The notes: generated by a model from the letters alone, not told the origin. A stretch of DNA of 64,000 nucleotides from Pedobacter sp. (GCA_050253415.1 JBFWJC010000001.1:1416679-1480678); one strand, 5' to 3'. Shown: positions 41,924 to 52,569, numbered from the stretch's first letter. A program made the numbers and translations.

Positions 41924-42721
41924 TCAACGTGGGAAAGGGAAAACAAGTTGCAGCAGCAGGCAGGCCATGGTGACGATTCCGGCCAGGCCGGCCAAGCTGT
42001 TGAACAGGTTAGAGGTCGCCTTGCGCCGGCTCAGCGGCAAAAGCAGACCAAAAAGCGCTCCACCCAGCGCGCCACCCAGGTGCCCGGCATTGTCCGCGCC
42101 CAGCATCAGGCCAAAAATAAAGGCCATGGCCGCCCATTGCAACATGAAATTACGTACTGTATGGGCATGGTTACCCAGCCGATGAAAGTAGACCGCGGCG
42201 AAGCCGATGAGGCCGAACAGGGAGCCGGAGGCGCCCACTACCGGAACCACCGGGTGCCACAGCAGTCCGAGCAGAGTGGCAGTCAGGGCGGTAAAGGTAT
42301 AGAGGGTGAAAAAGCGCGCCGGGCCGACCTGGTCCTCGACGATAGGCCCAACCTGGTAAAGCACGACCATGTTGAATCCCAGATGTATCAGACCGCCGTG
42401 AGTGTAGGCATAGGTCAGGCAGCGCCACCATTGATGGTAATTCAACACCTCTGGATACCAGCGCTGGGCGCCAAAATACATAAGCAGGCCCGTGGGGGGA
42501 TTGAGTGCGACCCCTGGACCGAGTCCGGCGGCAAGAGCGCGCAGGATCATGATGACGAACCATAACAGGTTGATACCAATGAGTATCCGCGAAACACATA
42601 CCGGACTGTAGGGAAGCCGTGGATCGGAGACATATCGCGACAGGGTGCGTTTCCAGCGTTGCACACGCCAGTGCCAGTGAAGGCGGGCAAAAGGGCGGAT
42701 GAGATTTTCGGCAGTATCCAA
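41924..42721 (-). CDS. Rhomboid family intramembrane serine protease
   Basis: WWR..T..Y.HGG.IHLGFNM, VGASG, DN.GHLGG. Confidence 0.92.
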   Translation of the reverse strand: MDTAENLIRPFARLHWHWRVQRWKRTLSRYVSDPRLPYSPVCVSRILIGINLLWFVIMILRALAAGLGPGVALNPPTGLLMYFGAQRWYPEVLNYHQWWRCLTYAYTHGGLIHLGFNMVVLYQVGPIVEDQVGPARFFTLYTFTALTATLLGLLWHPVVPVVGASGSLFGLIGFAAVYFHRLGNHAHTVRNFMLQWAAMAFIFGLMLGADNAGHLGGALGGALFGLLLPLSRRKATSNLFNSLAGLAGIVTMACLLLQLVFPFPR

Positions 42722-42929
42722 GAGCAGGGTTCCTTTCTGAGACAGGTGCCGCTACTATGGCAGAAATTCACCCGAGGTTCAATAACCGGCGTTTTTTTTA
42801 CTGTTAAACGTTGAAATCCCATGCGGGGCAATGGTCTTGGCCAGCTGCGCTGTGTTGACTTTCGAGGCCGGTGGTGATTGGCTAAGGGATACCACCGCAA
42901 TAAGGAGTTCATCAAAAGGAGATGTCACA

Positions 42930-44294
42930 ATGAGCATGGTTTCAATGAATCCCGCCACCGGCGAAGTGAGCGGAACCTTTGAGGAATACGATACCGTCCA
43001 GGTTATGGATATAGTGCAACGGGTACACCAGGCCTGGCAGGGGTGGCGCCAGGTTTCTCTACGGGAACGCAGCGAGCGGCTTTGCTGTATGGCGCAGCGG
43101 CTGCGCGCGCGATCCGACGAGCTGGCACGCATGATGGCGCTGGAGATGGGCAAACCGATTACCGAAGGGCGGGCCGAAATCGAAAAGTGCGCCCTGGTCT
43201 GCGAATACTATGCGCAGCAGGCCCCCGCCATGCTGGCCGAGCAACCGATCGCCAGCGATGCCTCGCGATCTTATGTCACCTTTCGTCCCTTGGGAGTAGT
43301 GCTGGCGGTGATGCCGTGGAATTTTCCCTTCTGGCAGGTATTCCGGTTTGCAGCGCCGGCTTTGATGGCCGGGAATGGAGCGTTGCTCAAACATTCCTCC
43401 AATGTGCCGCGCTGCGCTTTGGCTATCGAGGAATTATTCGTAGACGCGGGATTCCCCCAAGATGTATTCCGCACTCTGATGATCGGTTCAGGTGGCGTTG
43501 ATGCGGTTGTCGAGCATCCCCTGGTCCGCGCCGTGACCCTTACCGGCAGCGACTTTGCCGGTCGCAAGGTCGCTGCAAGGGCGGGGCAGATGCTCAAAAA
43601 AACGGTCCTGGAACTTGGGGGGAGCGATCCGTTTATTGTCACTCCCGGAGCCGATCTGAGGCTGGCGGCGCAGGTCGGAGCCCGGGCCCGTTGTCTGAAT
43701 TCAGGGCAGAGTTGCATCGCGGCCAAGCGTTTTATTGTATGTGATGAGGTATATGAGGAGTTTTTGAGCCTGTTTTCGGACGCCATGGCAAAGCTGGTGG
43801 TGGGCGATCCGCTGGACGAAACCACTCAGGTCGGCCCCCAGGCACGTGGGGACTTGCGTGACGAATTGCATCAGCAGGTGCAAGTTTCTGTGGCGGCTGG
43901 AGCACGCCTGGTCCTGGGTGGCCGGGCCCTGGAACGGACGGGTTTTTTCTATGCGCCCACCATATTGGCCGATGTCGGTCCCGGTATGCCGGCCTATCAC
44001 GAGGAGCTGTTCGGGCCGGTCGCCTCGGTCATCAGGGTGGCCGATATCGAGCAGGCCCTTGCGGTAGCCAACGATACCCCTTACGGCCTTGGTGGCTCGG
44101 TGTGGGATCGTGATACGGCGCGGGCCGAGGCTCTGGCGGGGCGTATCGAGGCGGGTGCGGTGTTTGTCAACGGCATGGTCAAGAGCGATCCGCGCCTGCC
44201 ATTTGGTGGCATTAAGGATTCCGGATACGGGCGCGAGCTTTCCCACTACGGCTTGATGGAATTTGTCAACATCCAGACCGTATGGATAGCCTGA
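42930..44294 (+). CDS. NAD(P)-dependent succinate-semialdehyde dehydrogenase (Sad/GabD-like)
   Basis: MPWNFPFWQ, LTGS, LELGGSD, NSGQSCIAAKRF, EELFGP, PFGGIKDSGYGREL; AAGGAG SD before ATG 42930. Confidence 0.9.
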   Translation: MSMVSMNPATGEVSGTFEEYDTVQVMDIVQRVHQAWQGWRQVSLRERSERLCCMAQRLRARSDELARMMALEMGKPITEGRAEIEKCALVCEYYAQQAPAMLAEQPIASDASRSYVTFRPLGVVLAVMPWNFPFWQVFRFAAPALMAGNGALLKHSSNVPRCALAIEELFVDAGFPQDVFRTLMIGSGGVDAVVEHPLVRAVTLTGSDFAGRKVAARAGQMLKKTVLELGGSDPFIVTPGADLRLAAQVGARARCLNSGQSCIAAKRFIVCDEVYEEFLSLFSDAMAKLVVGDPLDETTQVGPQARGDLRDELHQQVQVSVAAGARLVLGGRALERTGFFYAPTILADVGPGMPAYHEELFGPVASVIRVADIEQALAVANDTPYGLGGSVWDRDTARAEALAGRIEAGAVFVNGMVKSDPRLPFGGIKDSGYGRELSHYGLMEFVNIQTVWIA

Positions 44295-44429
44295 TTTCTC
44301 CCGGAGAAAAAATACGGTACACTTGCTTCATAAGGTAAAAAGGCTTCTGATGATTCAGGCCAGGCGGGTGCCCCTGAGTAGCATCTGGCTCATGCAGCAT
44401 GTTTGCCCGCCGATAACTGGAAAGGCTGA

Positions 44430-46226
44430 TTGGCATTGCATTTGGCTTTTTGGCAAAAATGGCTCGTCGTTTGTATTTTAATACCGGTCGGTTTGCTTGG
44501 CGTTACGGAAAATTGCTTCGCAAACGAGGCTGGTTCCCGTTCCGTCTCAAGTCAGTTGCGGCAGATCATTGAGCCTTTCAGTGTTGAAGGCTCATCTGCC
44601 TCTGCCTTGCTGGAGGTGGAAGCGTTGCAGCTGCCTCTGCATGAGCAACTGGTTTCCTTTTATCGACAGCGTGATTATCACCCTGCCTGGTTTCAAGGCG
44701 GCACGGTGGCGCCGGTTGCCTGGCAGTGGCTCGAGCGGGTACAGGGTGTCGCGGCTGAAGGGTTGAACCCTCGCGATTACCACGTTGAGACTCTTGCGGT
44801 TAGTCTGGAAATGGCCCATATCGCACAGTCCTACGGGGTTGAGTGCGATTCGGTCGGGCTGGCACTGATCGATATTCTGCTTACGGACGCTTTTTTGAAA
44901 TATGTGTCTCATCTGCTTGGTGGGCGGGTCGACATCACGCGACTTTATGCAGCCGAATGGCAGGCTGTCGTGCCAAAAACCGATGCCGTGACGGTGTTGC
45001 ATCAAGTTCTGCTCAAACAGCAGGTAGGCGCAGTGCTGGAAGAGTTAGTGCCTTATCGAGCCAGCCAACTCAGGTTGGGTGTTTACCTGGAGCATTATCG
45101 CCAGTTGGCGTTGGCCGGAGGGTGGCCGTTGCTGCCTGTAGGACCGTCCGTTTCCCTGGGGAAGAGAGACCATCGGGTCCCCTTGCTGAGACACTTTCTC
45201 ATGCTTGTCGGTGATCTCGACAAATCCCGCGAGTCATCGAGCTGGACCCTTGATCGGCCTGCGGTTGAAGCTTTAAAACGCTTTCAGGCCAGACATGGAT
45301 TGCGCGCAGATGGCGTGCTTGGCAAGGATACCCTGGCTCAGATTAATGTGCCTGTTGCCCGGCGTATCGAACAGCTCAGGCTCAATCTTGAGCGAGAACG
45401 TTGGCCGGCGCAGGATACCGGTCCCCGTTATCTGCAGGTAGATATTACCGATTTCAATCTTACGGTGGTTGATCAAGGCGTTGAAGTCATGCGAATGCCG
45501 GTGGTGGTAGGCACAGAATTTCGCCGTACGCCGGTTTTTTCCGCGTTGATGAAGTACCTGGTGTTTGCACCGTACTGGACCGTCCCCCCGACCATATTCC
45601 AGGAGGATAAGTGGCCGCATATCAAGGCGGACAGGAATTATCTGACGGCCCATCACTACGAGATTGTCGCTTGGGGGAAAGCTCCGAATCGCATCATCGA
45701 TCCGGCAAGCCTCAATTGGAAGACCCTGACAGCTCAAAATTTCCCCGGCATGCTTCGGCAGAAGCCGGGTCCCTGGAATCCTCTGGGGAAAGTGAAATTC
45801 ATGTTCCCCAATGCTTACCATGTCTATCTGCACGATACGCCGTCGCAGCATCTGTTTGGAGAACAACAACGGACTTTCAGCTCAGGTTGTATACGCATAG
45901 CTCGGCCGCTGGAGTTGGCCGTTTATCTTCTGGAGGGACAGGCTGGCTGGGATCGGGAACGGATAGAAAAGGAAATGGCTGGCTCCAAACCGTATTCGGT
46001 TCGATTGAAACGGCCTGTTCCGGTTCATATCCTGTATCGTACCGCTTGGGTCGATGCACAGGGCAGGTTGCAGTTTCGCAATGATATCTATCAGCGGGAT
46101 GCCAAATTGCAGGCGGTTTTACAGGACCAGTCAATGCCAGAAGACCAGCCGACCGAAATGGCTTCGCAGGGTGGCGTAGACATCTACGATGCAGAATCCG
46201 AAAGCGGGGTGCACGTGATCAGATAA
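44430..46226 (+). CDS. L,D-transpeptidase, YcbB/LdtD-like, with PG-binding domain
   Basis: FQ.RHGL.ADGVLG..T, NLERERW, RQKPG..NPLG.VKF.FPN...VYLHDTP..FSSGCIR. Confidence 0.9.
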   Translation: MALHLAFWQKWLVVCILIPVGLLGVTENCFANEAGSRSVSSQLRQIIEPFSVEGSSASALLEVEALQLPLHEQLVSFYRQRDYHPAWFQGGTVAPVAWQWLERVQGVAAEGLNPRDYHVETLAVSLEMAHIAQSYGVECDSVGLALIDILLTDAFLKYVSHLLGGRVDITRLYAAEWQAVVPKTDAVTVLHQVLLKQQVGAVLEELVPYRASQLRLGVYLEHYRQLALAGGWPLLPVGPSVSLGKRDHRVPLLRHFLMLVGDLDKSRESSSWTLDRPAVEALKRFQARHGLRADGVLGKDTLAQINVPVARRIEQLRLNLERERWPAQDTGPRYLQVDITDFNLTVVDQGVEVMRMPVVVGTEFRRTPVFSALMKYLVFAPYWTVPPTIFQEDKWPHIKADRNYLTAHHYEIVAWGKAPNRIIDPASLNWKTLTAQNFPGMLRQKPGPWNPLGKVKFMFPNAYHVYLHDTPSQHLFGEQQRTFSSGCIRIARPLELAVYLLEGQAGWDRERIEKEMAGSKPYSVRLKRPVPVHILYRTAWVDAQGRLQFRNDIYQRDAKLQAVLQDQSMPEDQPTEMASQGGVDIYDAESESGVHVIR

Positions 46227-47430
46227 GATCTTTGAGCCAGTGAAACGCCAGAAAAGTGCCGGCTGCCGAGCCGAGATTTGAAAACAGAAACACCAGCAAT
46301 ACCCGGGTAAGGCGGTTGCTCCACCAGCCGCGCAAAGTCGCCACATCGTCGCTGACATTTTCCAGGTCCTGGACCGTAGGCCCGGCCAGGTAAGCCTGCA
46401 TCAGGCCTGTAACGAATCCGGCGCCGATGGCAGGGTTGAGGGATGTGAACGGCGCAGCCACGAATGCGGTGGCAACGGTCAGAGGGTGTCCCAGGGCAAT
46501 GATGGCACCCAAGGCTGACAGTACGCCGTTGGCCAAAAACCAGGCCACCGCCGCGTCGGTCAGTCGGGCACGGTCTCCCAGAAAAAATCCGGCGACGAAC
46601 AGAGCGACGACCACTGCGGGGATCAGCCAGGGGAGGATCTTGGATAAACGGGGTTTTTCCGGAATGTGGCTGATTTCTTCGATTTCGGCTTCGTCAATAT
46701 GACAAGGCAGGTTTTCTTGAATGCCCGGCATGTGCGCGGCACCGACGACCGCCACTATTTTACTGCCGGGTGCTTTGGCAATGTGATAAGCCATGAAACG
46801 GTCGCGCTCATCCACCAAAATCGTTTTAATCCCCGGTAAGTTGTCTCCCATCTCCTGCAACAAAGCCGAAAGAGTGTCGTGCTGGCGCAACTCGGCAAGT
46901 TGCTCTTCGTCCAGGCGGGTATTGTCGAACATGCCTGCCAATAAAGCCGAGAACAGATGCAGTTTTTTCCACAAGCCGGTTTGGCGCCAGGCTCGCAGCA
47001 ACGTGGTGCGGATATTCCGATCGATCAGGCTAAGGTGAAGTTGCCGGGTTTCAGCTTCTTCGGCGGCCGCAGCCAGTTCTTCGCCCGGTTTGACGCCGGT
47101 TCCCATGCCCATGCGTTTTTGAACGGATGACAACGCCAGATTGGCCAGTAAAAATGCCCCCTGGCCACTGCGCAGAACCTGGATAAGGTTGAGTGAGCGC
47201 CATCGGTGGGGGTCGCGAATCGCCTGATATCGCTGTTCGTCGAGTTCGACGCAAATGGTGTCCGGTTGTTCCTCCTCGATGACCTGGCGTACCACATTGA
47301 CCGAGTCTCGGGAGATATGAGCGGTGCCGATCAGGATCACCTGTTTGTCATCGAGTTGGATGCGTCGAATATCGGAATGGGGGCTTGCCGAATCGATCGA
47401 TGATGTCTGGAGTGTCTGGCAGGAGGACAT
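46219..47430 (-). CDS. TraB/GumN (pheromone shutdown TraB-like) family protein
   Basis: IGTAHIS..S, VELDEQR, PGEE, IDRNI..TL.R, DERD, VVGAAH; C-terminal TM segments. Confidence 0.88.
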   Translation of the reverse strand: MSSCQTLQTSSIDSASPHSDIRRIQLDDKQVILIGTAHISRDSVNVVRQVIEEEQPDTICVELDEQRYQAIRDPHRWRSLNLIQVLRSGQGAFLLANLALSSVQKRMGMGTGVKPGEELAAAAEEAETRQLHLSLIDRNIRTTLLRAWRQTGLWKKLHLFSALLAGMFDNTRLDEEQLAELRQHDTLSALLQEMGDNLPGIKTILVDERDRFMAYHIAKAPGSKIVAVVGAAHMPGIQENLPCHIDEAEIEEISHIPEKPRLSKILPWLIPAVVVALFVAGFFLGDRARLTDAAVAWFLANGVLSALGAIIALGHPLTVATAFVAAPFTSLNPAIGAGFVTGLMQAYLAGPTVQDLENVSDDVATLRGWWSNRLTRVLLVFLFSNLGSAAGTFLAFHWLKDLI

Positions 47431-47454
47431 GAGGGGGAAATTCCTGTAGCAAAA

Positions 47455-47474
47455 GATGCTCCCCGGGGAGCATC
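47455..47474 (-). terminator. 20-bp palindrome / terminator downstream of the ncRNA
   Basis: GATGCTCCCCGGGGAGCATC followed by TTTT on the minus strand. Confidence 0.5.
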
Positions 47475-47552
47475 GGTGTTTTAGTGGGTCAAGTCGACGC
47501 TGTTGTCGTCGATAAACAGAAAGCGCCCGGTTAATATCCGCGCGCTTCCGGT

Positions 47553-47744
47553 AGAAAGCTCTCCACTGCTGCCGTGGGTTTTCAGGCCTCCAAGCGAGTC
47601 CTAATTAAGTGGGAATCACAGGCTGCGTATCAGGCGTCCCAATCCAGGTTGGGCTGGCACACAACACATCCTTGTTCAACCCGTTTTGAAAAATATTCCG
47701 CTGGGGCGTATCAAAACCTCACCTGCAGAGCAGAGAGCCTTTCT
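47553..47744 (-). ncRNA. ssrS: Probable 6S RNA
   Basis: About 190 nt. The 5' end (AGAAAGGCTCTC..) pairs with the 3' end (..GAGAGCTTTCT). Further pairings GTGAGGTTTT/AAAACCCAC and GCCCCAGCG/CGCTTGGAGGC flank an AT-rich central bubble, giving a long irregular rod. Has its own sigma70 promoter and a downstream hairpin. Confidence 0.75.
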
Positions 47745-47752
47745 GCATGTTC

Positions 47753-47781
47753 ACTATAGACAAATCAGTGGTGGGTGACAA
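47753..47781 (-). promoter_or_regulatory. sigma70 promoter of the ncRNA
   Basis: TTGTCA-N17-TATAGT immediately upstream of the predicted 5' end. Confidence 0.7.
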
Positions 47782-48696
47782 GGGGGATTTTTAACGGTTG
47801 TTTTTATGGGCAGTTTTTGCGGCAGACCTGAATGTTACTTGTAAAACATCCTAAAAATAATCGTCTAACTTTCGCCGTTTTAATGCCGTTTGAAAAGCTC
47901 TGTCCTGCTGTGGGGATTGTTTGCCGTGCGCCGCTACCGAAGGCTGTCGGCATTATGCATAGTTATCTTCCAGGATGATGTCGATAAACTGCAATGGGTC
48001 GCCAGGTGCGGAAGGCGGCTTCGGTTTATATTTTCTCCGGCCGATGTGGTTTGTATTCCCAATTTCATTAGATTGGAATGGAGGAGGGGCGGGTATGCGG
48101 TGTTTGTTCTTCTCTTACATGTAGCATGCCCCAGTATTGCTGACATCCCGATGGGTCGTTTGCCCCACCTGATAGACGGCTTCGCGAGAAGTTATTGGCA
48201 AAAGTTTAAAAATGACCGCCTAAGTATCCGAAACAATGTTGTTCGTTGGTGTAGCGTTGTTTGGCACAAAGGTTGCTCCTGTATGCACGCTGCCGATAAC
48301 TGCCTGCCCCCAAAATCTCTATCGCTTGAGACGGGGTGCGTTGCACTGCTTACCAAAGGTCGGGTCCGGTTATGAAGTCCAGGGCTTTTGCCAAAACGAT
48401 AAACCAGGTCATGTTATCAGGGCTTTTTGATCAATAGGGCAGCGCTTTCGTTTCTAAACTTAGTATGAAATTTTTGCGTGATTTCACTTTTTAATAATAG
48501 GGTTTCACCTTTTCCCCCCTTGGTTTAAAGCCCGCCGACACGGTTGGACGCAGACTGTGTCACATAAACCAGAACGAAGAGGGTAGAATTAGTTTTCAGG
48601 ACACCCTGTGTCTTGGGAGACAGGCGCCTGGAACGTGTTGACCTTGTTCGGTTCGGAGTGTCTGTCGAGTCATTACCAATTGCAGCCGGGTTTTTT

Positions 48697-51096
48697 ATGA
48701 AGATTCGTACCAAAATCATCGGAATGGGTTTAATGCTGGTTTTGATCACAGCATTTTCCATCGTGGGGGTCTCCATCGAGCAGGTCCACGTCCTCGATAC
48801 CGCGATCAATGAGGAAATGGAGAGTTTCGTCCACAATGAAACGCGCAAGGTGGCAGAGAGTGTCTATCTCATGTGTCGTTCCGTGCAAGAACTCCAGGAC
48901 GAGGCATTGAAACGTAATCTTGGCGTCGCCGCCAAGCTGCTGCGCGAGCAGGGGGGGATGGTCTTCGGACAGGATCAGGTTGCGTGGCGCGCGGTAAACC
49001 AGTTCGACAAAAGCGTCAGGGAAATACGTCTGCCCAAGGTGCTGGTAGGCGGGCGCTGGCTTGGCAAAGATGGGGATATTGCACGCAAGTCTCCGGTAGT
49101 CGACCAGGTACAGGAAATGTTGGGAGTGACCTGCACCCTGTTTCAGCGAATGAACGCGTCCGGCGACATGCTGCGAGTGGCCACCAATGTTCTCAACGAT
49201 GATGGCACACGTGCTATCGGTACCTATATACCTCATCAAAATCCGGATGGCAGTATCAATCCGGTTATCCGTGCTTTGCAGAGCGGAAAACCTTTCATCG
49301 GGAGTTCCTTTGTTGTAAATGACTGGTATGTCACCCGTTACGAACCGATCATGGATAGCACGGGTAAACAACTTATCGGTGCCCTGTATGTTGGATATCG
49401 GCAAGATAGTCTGGACAGTTTGCGCAAGGGCATTCTCGATATCGTGGTCGGTAAAACCGGGTATGTCTATGTACTCGGCAGCAAGGGCAGCCAGCGGGGG
49501 AAAATGCTCATTTCGCCCCTGAGCCGGTATCAGGGCAAGTCGGTGATCTCAGGTGATGATCGCCATATCCAGATTGTTGCACATCGCTTGCTGCAAAAGG
49601 CCTCGCAGGTTTTCCACACGAAACACAACGATGATGAGATTCCCGTCATCTTCGAACAATATCCCTGGCGAAACGCAACGGATGAGGCTTATCGCGAAAA
49701 ACTGGTTGCCGTGACCTATTTTGAGCCTTGGGACTGGGTTATCGTTGCCGGGGCTTATCGTGATGATTACGCCGACATTCAGAATCGTTTTGTCGATTCG
49801 TTATCGCGAGCGATTTTATCGATTTCTATCGTTGCCCTTGGCATTGTATTGATTTCCCTTATTGTCGGATTCTATGTAGCGGGAGGTATTGTCCGGCCGC
49901 TGGAAAGGGCGATAGTACTGTTTGAGCGTATCGGTAGGGGGCGTCTTGATCGGCACTTGAATATGGACCGGGACGATGAGATCGGACAGTTGGCCAGGGC
50001 TTTTGATCGTATGATCGATAATCTGAAAGAAGTGACGGCGTCACGCAACGAACTCAATAGTGAAATTATCGAACGTACCAAAATAGAAAAGCAGCTCCGG
50101 GCAACCTCCTTGCAGCGTGCAGCGCTGGAATCGATAGTCAACCACAGCCCGGCAGTGGCTTTTCTCTTGAGGCTGGATGAAAAGTGGAAAATCGAGTTTG
50201 TTTCGGACAATGTCAGTCAGTTTGGCTACGAACCTGAGGAATTTACGGAAGATAAAGTAAAATTCCCGACGATTGTGCATCCCGATGACCTGGACAGGGC
50301 TGTTGCCGAGGCCACCCTGCAACTGCAACAAGGTCAGGAAGAACGCTTCTCGCTGGAATTTCGTTTGATCAAACGTAGCGGTGAACTTTGCTGGATCGAT
50401 GCCCGTCTATGGTTGCACCGGGACGAGGGAGGCGACGTTACCCATGTTCAGGGAGTCATGCTTGATGTCAGCGATCGCAAAAAAGCCGAAGAAAGAGTGC
50501 GTCAGTTGGCTTTTTACGATGTCCTGACGGGCCTGCCGAATCGTGCGCTGTTCATCAACCGTTTGGAGCAGAGTCTGGCGCAGGCCGAAAGGGATGGTCG
50601 GTTGTTGGCGCTCATATGTCTGGATCTTGATCGTTTCAAGGAAATCAACGATACCTACGGACACGCCGCAGGAGACATGGTATTGCAAGCCGCGGCGCAG
50701 CGTCTAAACTCCTGCATCCGTCGGAATGACACGGTTGCGCGTCTCGGCGGGGACGAATTTTTTATTCTTTTGCCTGGTCTTGATCTTCACGACCAGGTCA
50801 CCAGCGTGGCGATAAAGATTCTTAAAGTTATGGCTGTCCCTTTCCAGATTGAGACAGAGCAGGTTGTCGTAACGCCCAGTATCGGCATTGTATTCTTCCC
50901 TGAACATGGCAATCAAATGGGGGATCTGCTTAAGCGTGCCGATATCGCCATGTATGCCGCCAAGGGTCTTGGCCGCAACCGATACGAATATTTTTCTGAA
51001 GAAATGGAGCAGAACAGCAAGGTGGTGGGGATTCAGGTCCAGGCTAAATCCGTCAAGCCCCTGGACCCTCAGGCAGATTCCGACCCTATGAAATAA
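48697..51096 (+). CDS. Membrane diguanylate cyclase (Cache-HAMP-PAS-GGDEF)
   Basis: TM; Cache-type TLFQRMN..GDMLRVATN...RAIGTYI; HAMP DEIGQLARAFDRM; PAS VHPDD; intact RLGGDEF. Confidence 0.9.
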   Translation: MKIRTKIIGMGLMLVLITAFSIVGVSIEQVHVLDTAINEEMESFVHNETRKVAESVYLMCRSVQELQDEALKRNLGVAAKLLREQGGMVFGQDQVAWRAVNQFDKSVREIRLPKVLVGGRWLGKDGDIARKSPVVDQVQEMLGVTCTLFQRMNASGDMLRVATNVLNDDGTRAIGTYIPHQNPDGSINPVIRALQSGKPFIGSSFVVNDWYVTRYEPIMDSTGKQLIGALYVGYRQDSLDSLRKGILDIVVGKTGYVYVLGSKGSQRGKMLISPLSRYQGKSVISGDDRHIQIVAHRLLQKASQVFHTKHNDDEIPVIFEQYPWRNATDEAYREKLVAVTYFEPWDWVIVAGAYRDDYADIQNRFVDSLSRAILSISIVALGIVLISLIVGFYVAGGIVRPLERAIVLFERIGRGRLDRHLNMDRDDEIGQLARAFDRMIDNLKEVTASRNELNSEIIERTKIEKQLRATSLQRAALESIVNHSPAVAFLLRLDEKWKIEFVSDNVSQFGYEPEEFTEDKVKFPTIVHPDDLDRAVAEATLQLQQGQEERFSLEFRLIKRSGELCWIDARLWLHRDEGGDVTHVQGVMLDVSDRKKAEERVRQLAFYDVLTGLPNRALFINRLEQSLAQAERDGRLLALICLDLDRFKEINDTYGHAAGDMVLQAAAQRLNSCIRRNDTVARLGGDEFFILLPGLDLHDQVTSVAIKILKVMAVPFQIETEQVVVTPSIGIVFFPEHGNQMGDLLKRADIAMYAAKGLGRNRYEYFSEEMEQNSKVVGIQVQAKSVKPLDPQADSDPMK

Positions 51097-51217
51097 CGCC
51101 GCCTGAAAAAGAAACAATCATCCCATTGTTGTCGCACGTTCGATAGGGTATGCGTTTTCCCTTCTAATGCCTGGGGGCTCAAACAGTGTGGAATGGATGG
51201 GCGCTGGTTCTGATCGT

Positions 51218-51490
51218 TCATTCCATGCGCTTGTTGACCCGATAGACGAAGGCCAGGATTTCTGCAACCGCCTGGTAAAGTTCTACAGGGATTTCCTTGC
51301 CCAGGGGGACCTTGCTTAATAGCTCTACCAGGTCAGGGTCTTGAACGACTTCAACACCCGCTTGCCTGGCTGTTGTCAGAATTTTGTCGGCAATAGCACC
51401 TTTGCCGCTGGCAACGACGACCGGTGCGCCGCCGCTTTCTTTTTTATAGGTCAGAGCGACCGCTTTATCCTGGCAAGTTTTTTCTTTCAT
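51218..51490 (-). CDS. FlhB C-terminal-like (EscU/YscU/HrcU family) small protein
   Basis: KAVALTY...AP.VVASGKG.IA.KI...A...V..DP.L...IP.ELYQAVAEIL. Confidence 0.88.
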   Translation of the reverse strand: MKEKTCQDKAVALTYKKESGGAPVVVASGKGAIADKILTTARQAGVEVVQDPDLVELLSKVPLGKEIPVELYQAVAEILAFVYRVNKRME

Positions 51491-51552
51491 GGAAGCCTTC
51501 GGTGGATGTCGAGATATTCCTGTTGTTTTGCTGCCTGTCAAACGTTAATCGG

Positions 51553-52569
51553 TTAAATCCGGGTATTGATCAACCCGCGCAGATCCCCTGTAAGGCGCTC
51601 CATCAATTCCTCTTCGGGGTGTGGTCTCCCCGTGGTAAAAAGTATTTCGCGCGGTGGTCTGAAATGCAGCGCCTGTCTCAAGTCTTCGCCAGATTCGGAT
51701 AATTTTTGACTTGTCTGTGTTTTTTCACAAGTGAATTTGATCAGCAGTTCTTCCATATCCCATAGCATATCGATGCGTATTTCTCCCAGCTTTTCCAGGC
51801 TCAGAAACAAACTCAGTTTATTCGGAGATTCTGTTTGCCCATGGGAACTTTCATCCGTGTTTTCAAGGAGAAGATAGCCCTGTTTAAGAAACGGCAGAGG
51901 CAGGGGCAGCAGCAGTGCACCTTCGGGAAGTAACTGAAGGTTCAACTGGTGGGCCATGTCCAGTCCCTGCAACAGGTTGCCGGCAATATCGGAAAGGCGG
52001 CCTTCACGGTCGACCTCCTCACCAGCCATCTGTGTGAGCACTTGTCTGAGGTTGACGGTGGCATCCCCATGTTTCAGATGGGCAACTCCGAGGCTCCGCA
52101 ACAGGGTCGCTAAAACGGATCCCTCCACGTTGTCGCCTGCTTCATCCAGCCCCCCCATAAAGGTCTTCAGGGCATCACGAATTGTTGCGAACAACGGGTT
52201 TTTTCCCGTCTCCCCACAAGCCTGGAATTCACGAAGCAGGGCAGGCAGATCCCATCCGGTGGCAAGGAGTTGCAGTAAAGCTCCTTGAGGATTTGCCGCA
52301 TTCAGGCCTAAAGTTTGCAATTGGACCTGTGGAGAGGTTGCCGTGACGTGCAACAGGAGTTTCTGCCCTTCTTGCAACCCAAGCTGTGAGCGGGCCGTAA
52401 CCTGCCGGCCATGCATTTCAAGCATGACCTGATCGTCTTTCAGGGAGGTCACGGTCGCCTGGAGGATCTGGCCGGGACGCCAGGTCGGTTGCTCACCGCC
52501 AGGTTGTGGTTTGATCTGGCCGGTTCCGGATACCGGCAGTACGGTGAAGGTTGCATCGGTGATTTTCAT
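51553..52569 (-). CDS. FliK-like (hook-length control C-terminal domain) hypothetical protein
   Basis: GQILQATV N-terminus, C-terminal L.L.LEKLGEIRID; adjacent to the FlhB-like gene. Confidence 0.6.
   Translation of the reverse strand: MKITDATFTVLPVSGTGQIKPQPGGEQPTWRPGQILQATVTSLKDDQVMLEMHGRQVTARSQLGLQEGQKLLLHVTATSPQVQLQTLGLNAANPQGALLQLLATGWDLPALLREFQACGETGKNPLFATIRDALKTFMGGLDEAGDNVEGSVLATLLRSLGVAHLKHGDATVNLRQVLTQMAGEEVDREGRLSDIAGNLLQGLDMAHQLNLQLLPEGALLLPLPLPFLKQGYLLLENTDESSHGQTESPNKLSLFLSLEKLGEIRIDMLWDMEELLIKFTCEKTQTSQKLSESGEDLRQALHFRPPREILFTTGRPHPEEELMERLTGDLRGLINTRI

Noticed and set aside
46219..47430. TraB-family gene as evidence for a conjugative element
   Set aside because: This is the TraB/GumN protease-like family; there are no T4SS, relaxase or integrase genes nearby and composition is core-like.
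47890..48375. 161-aa ORF, or a c-di-GMP riboswitch, upstream of the cyclase
   Set aside because: The ORF has atypical composition and no SD, and the GEMM consensus elements could not be found in the right order on either strand.
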